Shown: one piece after another, positions 40,994 to 49,170 of the stretch | Layout of the letters: every line of letters starts with the position of its first letter | Numbering within the stretch: position 1 is the first letter of the stretch | DNA from: Bryobacterales bacterium | GTDB taxonomy: Bacteria; Acidobacteriota; Terriglobia; Bryobacterales; UBA6623 | Length of the DNA: 64,000 nt | NCBI GenBank assembly: GCA_965263255.1 | Contig: CBDHHA010000008.1 | Location: 2,945,399 to 3,009,398, forward strand | Direction of reading: 5' to 3' | Translations under genes and position numbers: made by a program | The notes under the pieces: generated by a model | The model's database searches: none | What the model was told of the DNA's origin: nothing | What the model saw: only the letters and a program-made list of their open reading frames with translations

Positions 40994-41023
40994 GCTAGCG
41001 CGCGGTCCTGGCCGCGCGCTAGC
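40994..41023. repeat. Perfect 12-bp inverted repeat GCTAGCGCGCGG-N6-CCGCGCGCTAGC
   Basis: Read directly from the sequence. Lies 23-52 nt upstream of the DAACS start (40971, minus strand), in a 485-nt intergenic region. Confidence 0.6.
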
Positions 41024-41462
41024 GCGTCGAACAATGGTTGCACAACTGTGCCCTTCGCGTACAAGTGCGATGGCGCTGGCCGACCTGGAATGGCCGGTCG
41101 CGGGGACTCCGCCGCGAGCGGGAGACGGGCCGGGCCGACGATGCGCCGGGCCGATATTCCCGGCAGAGGCGGCTTCCGAGACAGCAGCTCGCCGACCGGG
41201 TAAACCGGGGGGCGTGCTATCCTGAGGGTCTTGGATTCATAGTTCAGAAACTGGCACTACGGAGGTTCTGCAAGAAGGCCACGGAGACGGGCGCGGCGCT
41301 GGCGGAGCGTCGGAAAGCACGGTTCCAGAAGCGCTAGCAGGCACCGAAAGACCGTTACGAACCAATGCTAGCCGAGCGACGCCGGGTGCGCTCGGCGGTG
41401 GCGATAGGGACCGTCGCCCGGCAGGAACACTGCTTCGGCAGGCGACTAGACAGGAAGTGGTT

Positions 41463-42812
41463 ATGACTCAAGATAGGCCGACTTACGATAGCAGCCGGGG
41501 GCGGGCTCCGGCACGCGTTCGAGAGATCCTGCGGATCTCGTCCAGCTTGGAAAAGCCGGACGTGGCGCGCGAGATCATTCTGGAATGGCTCGAGAATGAA
41601 GCCGAGACGGATCTTCCCGAGCCCGCATGGAAGGGAGGCGCCTTCCACCACCAGGCCGGCGACCGTTCCTTCACGGCCGTCCGTGCCGAGCAGGAGCAGA
41701 AAGTCACATGGGCACTCCGGTACGTCGGACCCGACGCAGGCGGAGGGGAGCGCGAATGGACGACGGAGGTTGCGATCCAGGAGCGCCGGGACCAAGGTCA
41801 GCTATTCAGCCTGCGGACGCTAGTGAGGTCCGAGGAGCTCAAGTTACGGATCCAGCCGAGCGTGCCCAAATTCATGGAGCACGTAGCGAGCGAATCCGGA
41901 CTGGAGCAAGGAGGCAGGAAGGTCGACCAGGCACCTTGGGTCATCGGCTCCGACTATGACGCCGCGGAACTGGCGGAGTTCCTCTCGGACCCCAAGCGGC
42001 TGACTCCGGCCTTCGTGCTCACGGTGCCGGAGGAGGCAGAGGATCCCAACGAGCCGTTGCTGGACCCGGCCCCTCTCCAAGCGGACACCCTGGGCATTGC
42101 CAAGGTAATCGTCCTACCTGCTGACTACACGTGGAAGCTGACAAACCGGTTCGGAAAGCGACTTTCGGTCTACCGCGGGGCAATGCGGGTGTACCTGCCC
42201 GGCTTCTCCGAGCACGCCGATCCGGAGGGCGGCCACGACCTGTTCATGCCCCACCGGATGGAGACGCCGGAGAGCGCGGCCAAGCTCGGCTCCCTGCTCC
42301 GGTGGATGGCGGCGCGGGAGAGCCTGCGGCGCCTGCGCCTGGACCACGACGTGCTGCCTTTCGCATCGGTGCTGATACCGTCCGTGGAGATCGAGGCGGC
42401 CAAGCTGGCCGAAGGCGGCGCGAGCGAGTCCGAACGGCTCGAGGCGATCCAGAAGCACATGGGAATCCTGCGGCAGGAACTGGAACTGTCAATGCAGATC
42501 CAGCAGTGGCTGACCGAGGAAAACAAGATGCTGGAGAGCCGCGTGCGAGAGGCCGAATCGAAAGCACGAAGCGCGCAGGGACGCGGCCGGGGGCCGATGG
42601 ATCGGATGCCGCGGGACCGCCAGCGACCGCGGTACCCGCAGCAGTCGTACGGCGGTCCGCAGGAGTCCTACGGCCGCGAGGGCGAGTCCTACCGACCCCC
42701 GCCCCGGTCCTATCCGCGGGACGACAGCTCCTATCCGCCCCGTGGCGGGTCCTACCCCCAGGGTGGAGGGGGTTACCGGCAGGGCGGCGGCTGGGGCCGC
42801 CGCGGCCGCTAG
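41463..42812 (+). CDS. Hypothetical protein with coiled-coil segment and C-terminal R/G/Y-rich heptad-repeat tail
   Basis: Long ORF with coding-like composition (ATG 41463; GTG 41457 also possible). I recognise no family. Its stop lies 3 nt before the SDR gene start. Confidence 0.6.
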   Translation: MTQDRPTYDSSRGRAPARVREILRISSSLEKPDVAREIILEWLENEAETDLPEPAWKGGAFHHQAGDRSFTAVRAEQEQKVTWALRYVGPDAGGGEREWTTEVAIQERRDQGQLFSLRTLVRSEELKLRIQPSVPKFMEHVASESGLEQGGRKVDQAPWVIGSDYDAAELAEFLSDPKRLTPAFVLTVPEEAEDPNEPLLDPAPLQADTLGIAKVIVLPADYTWKLTNRFGKRLSVYRGAMRVYLPGFSEHADPEGGHDLFMPHRMETPESAAKLGSLLRWMAARESLRRLRLDHDVLPFASVLIPSVEIEAAKLAEGGASESERLEAIQKHMGILRQELELSMQIQQWLTEENKMLESRVREAESKARSAQGRGRGPMDRMPRDRQRPRYPQQSYGGPQESYGREGESYRPPPRSYPRDDSSYPPRGGSYPQGGGGYRQGGGWGRRGR

Positions 42813-42815
42813 GCG

Positions 42816-43625
42816 ATGCCGCCAGGGGCCATGCAGCAATCCTTGTCGAGGGACCTGCTAGGCAAGTCCGCCCTCGTCACGGGCGGATCGCGCGGCATCG
42901 GGCGTGCGGTCTGCCTCGAGCTGGCCGGGCGCGGAGCTAGCGTGGCCGTCAACTACGTCAGCCGGACTGACGCCGCCGAGGCGGTCGCGCGAGAAGCGCG
43001 CGCAAGAGGCGTTGAAGCGATCAGCGTGCAGGCGGACGTTTCGGACCGGTCGGCGGTGACGGCCATGGCCGAGAAGGTAAACCGCGAATTGGGGGGACCG
43101 GATATCCTCGTGAACAACGCCGGCCTGCTCTTCCCCGGGAGACTCCTCGACTACCAGGAGGAGGAGTTCGACCGCATGTGGCGCACGAACGTCAAGGGGG
43201 TCCTGCACTGCTCGGAGGCGGTCGCGCCGGGCATGATCGAGCGCGGCTGGGGCCGCATCGTGAACCTCGCCTCAAACGCCGCCATCGGCACTGCGATGCC
43301 CGGAACGACCCTGTATGCCGTCACGAAGGGAGCGGTGCTGACGCTGACGAAGCGCCTGGCGTACGAGCTCTCGCCGAGCGGGATAACGGTCAACGCCGTG
43401 CTGCCTGGTTTCACGAAGACGGACATGGTGCTGGAGGGGAAGACCGCCGAAGAAGTGGAGCGCTTGCTGGCGGATGTCGCCGGCCGGTCGCTCGTCGGCC
43501 GGACGGGCGATCCAGAGGACATCGCCACCGTGACGGGATTCCTGTGCTCGCCGTCCAGCGGCTTCATGACCGGTCAGTACCTGATGGCGGACGGCGGGCG
43601 AATGGACTACATCACCAGGGTCTGA
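42816..43625 (+). CDS. SDR-family oxidoreductase (FabG-like)
   Basis: 'GKSALVTGGSRGIGRAV' (TGxxxGxG), 'NNAG', and the catalytic region 'YAVTKGAV'. Confidence 0.9.
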   Translation: MPPGAMQQSLSRDLLGKSALVTGGSRGIGRAVCLELAGRGASVAVNYVSRTDAAEAVAREARARGVEAISVQADVSDRSAVTAMAEKVNRELGGPDILVNNAGLLFPGRLLDYQEEEFDRMWRTNVKGVLHCSEAVAPGMIERGWGRIVNLASNAAIGTAMPGTTLYAVTKGAVLTLTKRLAYELSPSGITVNAVLPGFTKTDMVLEGKTAEEVERLLADVAGRSLVGRTGDPEDIATVTGFLCSPSSGFMTGQYLMADGGRMDYITRV

Positions 43626-44033
43626 GCGGCCTGTGGCAGGAACGCCCGGCCACTCTCCGGTGGAGCAGTGCCTCTTGGCGCGAAGTGCGAGTCCTTTTCC
43701 CAGTCCCGGTCCGGCAGGCCGGCGCCCCTGATCCACGAACAGGCCACCTTGCAGGACCGGACACGCAAGCGAGGCGGATCCGCACCGACAGCCGCCACGC
43801 CCGCCGGCCAGGATTGAGCGGAGCGACGGGGTGGTGCGAGCACCCGGCGCAGGGCCCTGTGCCCGCCTCTGGCATTCGAGAAGCGAGCGCCTGCAAGGAT
43901 CCGGTGATGCGGCCTGCCGACTCAGGGCACGGCCCTGGTCCTTCGGAACGCTGCGCAATCATGGCGAGGGTATTCCAAGGGGCTCATTTAGGAAAGTAGC
44001 CGGGCACTAACCACACCGGGCTTAAGCTAAAGA

Positions 44034-45280
44034 CACGTGGAAGTGATTGCCTCGGCATCGGCGGCGGGCAAGTGCAGCAGGCGGGGGTACTCCGAGCTAG
44101 ACGCGCTGCTGGGGCGGCTGCGCCGACTCTACAATGACGCGCTGGCTGAACGGACGCATGGGAGAATGACCAGGCAACTATCAGCCTGTACGATCAGTTC
44201 AAGTCGCTGACGGTCCAGCGGAAGGATAAGGATCATGCCGCCTTCGGCATACCGACCGTGATCGCGCGCGGGCCGTTGCGGCGCGTGCACAATGCGTACT
44301 CGGCGTTCTTCCGCAGGTGCAGGGAAGCAGCCAGGGGAAAGGCAGCCGAGCCCGGGTATCCCAGGTTCAAGTCGTTCGGGCAATACGAGACGATTGATGT
44401 CCCGCGAGTTCCCAAGGGCGCTATCCGGAGGCGGCGCAGCGGGTACGTGCTGTGCATGAATGGCTTGCCGCGAATCCGGTTCCATCTGTCCAGGGCGCTG
44501 CCGGAAGATTGCAGGCTGAAGATGGTGAAGGTGATCCGGCGGAACATGCGCGGGGTGGAACTCAGGCTGGTTTACGCCACGCGCAAGACGCCGCTGGCGC
44601 CGTCGGGCAATGCCGTGGGCATCGATCTCGGCGTGCGGGACCGGGTGTTCACAAGCGACGGCGAGACGCTGGACAGCGAGACGGCGGACAAGGCACGGCT
44701 GGGCCGGATGGCGCGGGCGATCAGCCGGTGCAAGGGTTCCAGGAGGGGCGAGAAGCCGAGCAACACCCGCCGCAAGCGCCAGGCTGCACGGCGGCGCTCG
44801 GAGCGCAGGCGAATGATTCGCCGGCGCAATGCCAGCCATCGGTTCACGACGCAGCTCGTGCGGGAGAACGGCTTGATCGCAGCCGAGAAGCTGCGGCAGG
44901 TGAATATGGTGAGGAGCGCGAGGGGCACGGCCGGGAATCCGGGCGTGAACGTGGCGCAGAAGAGGGGATTGAATCGGAGCATTCAGGAGCAGGCGTGGGG
45001 CGAGATTCGCTGGCAGCTCTCGTACAAGGCAGCATGGGCCGGTCGGGAGTATGTGGAAGTCGATCCGCGCAACACTTCGCGCACGTGTAGCAGGTGCGGG
45101 AACGTGAAGGCGAAGCTGGGGGCTCGGAAGACGTATCGCTGCGGCGGGTGCGGTCACGTGCAGGACCGCGACTGGAATGCAGCGGCCAACATATTGGCGG
45201 CCGGGGCTATTGCCGCCGGTGCGGGAACGTGGGGCGATGGCCCGGGCGTTGCACCAGAACTGTATGCGAAAGCGGCCTAG
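44034..45280 (+). pseudogene. tnpB: IS200/IS605-family TnpB (RNA-guided endonuclease) gene, interrupted by a frameshift near 44150
   Basis: The N-terminal piece is in frame 3 (44034-44149: '...ELDALLGRLRRLYNDALAER'). It continues in frame 2 after the TGA at 44147-44149: 'DAWENDQATISLYDQFKSLT...GYPRFKSFG...AVGIDLGV...IAAEKL...CSRCG...CGGCGHVQDRDWNAAANI'. Confidence 0.8.
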
Positions 45281-45318
45281 GGTGTGTCAGATTAAGTGTG
45301 TAAGTGGATTCTGCGCCT

Positions 45319-45897
45319 CTAGGCTGAACTCCTTCCTTGTAGCCTTTCCCCGAAGAGAATGTCCAGCTGATTGAGCGCCTTTCTCCAGCCCGCCACCGGG
45401 GCCTTCCATTTTCGCTCGATATTGCGGATCGCCAAGTACAGCAGCTTCGCGGCGGCTTGCTCGCTGGGAAAGTGGCCGCGCGTCTTGACCGCCTTGCGCA
45501 AGCCTCGATTGAGGCTCTCGATCGCGTTGGTCGTGTACAGCAGCCGGCGCACGTCCGGGCCGAAGGCAAACATCGGGATCACTTGCTCCCAGTTGTTCCG
45601 GCTCACCACTGAAGGATAGCGCTCGCCCCACTGCTGCTCGCCGTCCAGCCGCGGGCGTGGCGGACCGGTAGATGCACCAGAACTGCATCAATGCAGATGC
45701 AGGGCCTAGAACATGGCTATCGCTCTGCGAACCCCTTCAGCCCGTCCACGACCGCGAACAGGATGTCGCGCACGCCGCGGCCGTGCAGCTCGGTCATCAC
45801 CCGTAACCAGAACTTGGCCCCCTCAGTGCTTTGCATCCAAAGGCCTAGCACCTCCTTCGTGCCGTCCGAGCGGATGCCCAGCGCCAAGTACACGCGC
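45319..45897 (-). pseudogene. IS256-family (Mutator-like) transposase remnant: 5'-truncated, internally deleted, with frameshift and stops
   Basis: C-terminal piece (45319-45687): 'LDGEQQWGERYPSVVSRNNWEQVIPMFAFGPDVRRLLYTTNAIESLNRGLRK...'. Middle piece (45717-45897): 'VYLALGIRSDGTKEVLGLWMQSTEGAKFWLRVMTELHGRGVRDILFAVVDGLKGFAE'. The N-terminal ~150 aa and the DDE middle segment are missing. Confidence 0.8.
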
Positions 45898-46125
45898 AAG
45901 CGCCAGATCGCTCCGGCACCGGGTCGCTGCGCGGCCCTCGCAGGCGCTGAGGCGGGGCTGTCGAGGTGCCGGATCCAGGGAAAGCGAAGCAGCTCGTCGC
46001 TGCGCACCTACCCGGTTCCGCGCATGCCGGATCTCGGCTAGTTGCCGCTTCTTCGTGCGGGCGAGCAGGGCAAGCTGCAGCGCCGCCGAGGCTTCTCGTA
46101 GCCCTCCAGCAAGCCGGAAGTGCGC
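45893..46125. repeat. Degenerate (indel-riddled) duplicate of the recO upstream/5'-coding region (compare 46176-46345)
   Basis: By-eye alignment shows shared blocks 'cgcgcaagcgccag', 'tcgctgcgcggccctcgcagg', 'atccagggaaagcgaagcag', 'ctgcgcacctaccc' and 'gcgagcagggcaagctgc' in the same order. The first copy carries many 1-7 nt insertions. Confidence 0.6.
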
Positions 46126-46235
46126 GGCCTAGAATGGCTACTCTCGTATATAAGTCCCTATTCCAATAGCGATTCCGCGCAAGCGCCAGCCTCCGGCACT
46201 CGCTGCGCGGCCCTCGCAGGCCGAGCGGGCTGTCG

Positions 46236-47042
46236 ATGCCATCCAGGGAAAGCGAAGCAGTCGTCCTGCGCACCTACCCGTTCCGCGATGCGGATCTCGT
46301 AGTGAGCTTCTTCACACGCGAGCAGGGCAAGCTGCGAGGCGTGGCAGCCGGAGTGCGCCGCCCGAAGAACAAGTTCGGCGTCTCCCTAGAGCGCTTGGCG
46401 CATTCCCGGCTGTTCTACATGCAGAAGGAGAATGCCGAGCTTGTCAGCCTCCAGCGCGCCGAGCTGATAGGCCCGGCGAACCTCTGGAAGGCAGGCTACG
46501 CCGCCAGCGTTGTCCTGGATGTCGTGGCAGAGACGGCCGACCTCGTCCTGCCCGAGCGCGAGCCGCAGGACTCGTTCTTCCGCCTGCTCACGCTGGTCGG
46601 GGAGGAGTTCCAGCGCGGAATCGCCGAGGGCGACTCGTCCGGGACAGTGCCGGACTGGGCGCACCGGGCGCTGGTCTACTTTCTGCTTTGGTCGGCTCGG
46701 CTGGGAGGCTGGCTGCCCCCTCTGGACCGCTGTATCGCATCCGGCAAGCCGTTCGCCGAGAGCGAGCGGTGCTACTTCAGCCCGCACAAGGAGGGACTGT
46801 TCCGAGTTGAGTTCCGGGATGGGGACTCGTGGCCGCTCCCTGCCGAGGCACGCGCGCTGGCCGGATGGATGCTCAGGAACCGGCCAGTCCTGCTCGAGGG
46901 CTCGGAATGGCCGGCCGAGGCGGCCCTCGCGCTGCAGCGGTACCTGCTGCAATGCACGCAGGCGCAGATCGGAGACCGGCTCCGCGGCCTGCAGTCCCTG
47001 CGGGACCTATGGCAGGAAGACGGGGCGTTGACGGGCCGCTAG
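46236..47042 (+). CDS. recO: DNA repair protein RecO
   Basis: 'EAVVLRTYPFRDADLVVSFFTREQGKLRGVAAGVRRPKNKF' is the RecO N-terminal OB fold. A C-terminal Cys-containing region follows. Confidence 0.9.
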   Translation: MPSRESEAVVLRTYPFRDADLVVSFFTREQGKLRGVAAGVRRPKNKFGVSLERLAHSRLFYMQKENAELVSLQRAELIGPANLWKAGYAASVVLDVVAETADLVLPEREPQDSFFRLLTLVGEEFQRGIAEGDSSGTVPDWAHRALVYFLLWSARLGGWLPPLDRCIASGKPFAESERCYFSPHKEGLFRVEFRDGDSWPLPAEARALAGWMLRNRPVLLEGSEWPAEAALALQRYLLQCTQAQIGDRLRGLQSLRDLWQEDGALTGR

Positions 47043-47968
47043 CGGCGCTCTGGCGACGATCCCGGCGACGCCACCGGGCGTGCAGGGGACCCGCTGCCGG
47101 GGATCCCGAGCCTCAGGCTCCTCCTCCCGCGGTCGCGCACGATCTCAAGCTCGGCGCTGCCTCCTGCCGCCAGCGGCAGGAGCGTTCGGCGGACATCGTC
47201 CATTCCGCGGACTGCCCTTCCGTCGAAGCCCACAATGACATCGCCCGCACGGAACCCGGCATCGCGGGCGGGCGAGGGGTCGAGAACACTGCGAACCAGC
47301 GCACCGGCCTCGACGCCGAGGAACGCCGCCAACTGGCCTCCGACTTCAATGAGTTCTAGTCCGATCCGGCTGTCGGCGAAGCGCCGAACGGGCGTTCCGA
47401 ACTCCCCGCCCGGCCCCAGCCGCCCTTCGGGGCATTCCGGGCAGGATCCCTGGTCTCCGGGCAACAGGCGCTGGCGGAGCGAGTCCAGGTGCTCCCGGAC
47501 GGACTCCAGGTGCCGGCCGTTGCCCGCCAGGCTCTCCTTGACCGCGTCGATCGTCGCCCGCACGGACGCTGCGGCATCCCGGCGCCCGATCTCGACCGCG
47601 ACGGCCAGACGCTCCTGCCCCCGCACCACGCCGAGCTCGACCTTGCCGCCCACTGGGGTCTCCCGGACGAGGCGCGCGAAGTGCTCGATGCCGTTCACGC
47701 GCTCGTCCCGGTAAGTCAGCACCACATCAGCCTCCCGCAGTCCCGCGTGGCGGGCGGGACTGTCTCTTGCAACGCTGCTGACCTCGACTCCGTGCGGCTC
47801 CACCAACCCGATCTCCCGGGCCCTGTCGGAACTGACTTCCATGATGCCGACACCCAGGTAACTGACCGGAGGCAAGAGCGCGGAGGCGGCTTGTTGCGAG
47901 GCTGCCTGCGGCGGGCCTGCGGCGACGGCGCCTGCCAGGACGGCGGCGAGTGCGATTTCCCTCGGCAT
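47039..47968 (-). CDS. Secreted protein with two PDZ domains
   Basis: Signal peptide 'MPREIALAAVLAGAVAAG'. Two 'G(V/L)...V...SPA..AG...GDVI' PDZ-type segments. Confidence 0.8.
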   Translation of the reverse strand: MPREIALAAVLAGAVAAGPPQAASQQAASALLPPVSYLGVGIMEVSSDRAREIGLVEPHGVEVSSVARDSPARHAGLREADVVLTYRDERVNGIEHFARLVRETPVGGKVELGVVRGQERLAVAVEIGRRDAAASVRATIDAVKESLAGNGRHLESVREHLDSLRQRLLPGDQGSCPECPEGRLGPGGEFGTPVRRFADSRIGLELIEVGGQLAAFLGVEAGALVRSVLDPSPARDAGFRAGDVIVGFDGRAVRGMDDVRRTLLPLAAGGSAELEIVRDRGRRSLRLGIPGSGSPARPVASPGSSPERR

Positions 47969-47996
47969 GCAGGAGTCCGGAAAGGGGCGGGCGGCC

Positions 47997-49166
47997 CTAT
48001 CGCTGCCTCCTGATCTCCACGTGTCCGATTCCGGTGCGGGAGCGAAGCACCGGTCCGCCCCCGTTGATCGATCCGCTCGCGCCCGACCCGCCTAGCAGGC
48101 CCGGCAGCCGCCGAATCCGAATCGCCGGGAAGTCGCTCACGATTCCCTGCCTGCCCTTGACCAACTGCACGGCTGCCTCGACAGTCAATGCGAGCGATTC
48201 GGGCAAGGAGACCACGACCGACCCGACACCGGTCGACAGGACGGAGTCGCGCAGCCTCGTTCCCTCCTGAAGCGCCACAGCGATGTTGCCGGTGCCGCTG
48301 GTCAGGTTCAGCGTCCCGGACACCCGTCGTACGCGGATGTCCCCGGCGCCGACGTCCGCCTCCAGTCCGTTGAGCGCGTCCCCTACCTGAATCGACCCGC
48401 TGGAGGTCGCCAGCCGGGCCGTCCCGGACACGCGCCCGACCTGAATGCTCCCCGCACCCGTCGCGGCATCAAGGTCGCCCTGGACGCTCTCCACCCGTAG
48501 GCTGCCGACGCTAGTCCGGAGACTGGCCGGGCCTGTCACCCGGCCGACCTCTACCCTCCCTGAACGGGTCTCGCAGTTCACAGGGCCGGAGACATTCTCC
48601 AGTCTGACGCTGCCTGCCGCGATCACGTCGACAGCGCCGCCGATCGACTCCAAGTCGACTGATCCCCCGTCAGCGAGAGCACGGACCGACCCGCGAACGT
48701 TGCTGACGCGGATATCTCCGAATGGCGTGCGGAGGTCAATTTCCACGGTGCTTTCTGGGATCTGTATCTCGACGCTGGCGTCCAGCCTGCAGCCGGCGCA
48801 TTCCGGCTCGATCAGGGAGAGTTCCAAGGCGCCGTCCTCGCGTTCCAGCGCCTCGATCCCCGAGCTGCCCAGCGCCGCCTGCACCCATTCAGTCCCGTCG
48901 CCGGGGGCGCGCACCCGAAGCCTTGCAGCGTACCGGATGCTTTCCCTCGAGCTGCCGGCTATGGTGATGTCACCCTTTGTCCTGACCACCAAGCGGGCTG
49001 CAGCGGCCAGCTCGGCATGCCTGTCCTGGATCCAGCCGGATCCGATCGGCCGACGCTCGCGCAAGCCCTGGGCCACCGAATCCGGCGGAAGCAAACCAAG
49101 GACTACCGTCGCGACAGCAATGGCGGACCACCCGCCTGGCGCGCCCTTCCTGCATTCCGTCGGCAT
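47997..49166 (-). CDS. DUF4097-family beta-repeat protein (putative adhesin-like)
   Basis: ATG at 49166. Repeated 'GDIRV.NV.G.V...T.SGSI.V' beta-strand units, as in DUF4097/YvlB-like proteins. Confidence 0.75.
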   Translation of the reverse strand: MPTECRKGAPGGWSAIAVATVVLGLLPPDSVAQGLRERRPIGSGWIQDRHAELAAAARLVVRTKGDITIAGSSRESIRYAARLRVRAPGDGTEWVQAALGSSGIEALEREDGALELSLIEPECAGCRLDASVEIQIPESTVEIDLRTPFGDIRVSNVRGSVRALADGGSVDLESIGGAVDVIAAGSVRLENVSGPVNCETRSGRVEVGRVTGPASLRTSVGSLRVESVQGDLDAATGAGSIQVGRVSGTARLATSSGSIQVGDALNGLEADVGAGDIRVRRVSGTLNLTSGTGNIAVALQEGTRLRDSVLSTGVGSVVVSLPESLALTVEAAVQLVKGRQGIVSDFPAIRIRRLPGLLGGSGASGSINGGGPVLRSRTGIGHVEIRRQR

Positions 49167-49170
49167 CGTC

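Noticed and set aside
41038-41337. 99-aa ORF in the long intergenic region upstream of the orphan gene
   Set aside because: It has an Arg-rich, non-coding-like composition and no RBS or family signal, so it is probably spurious. The 485-nt intergenic region itself remains unexplained.
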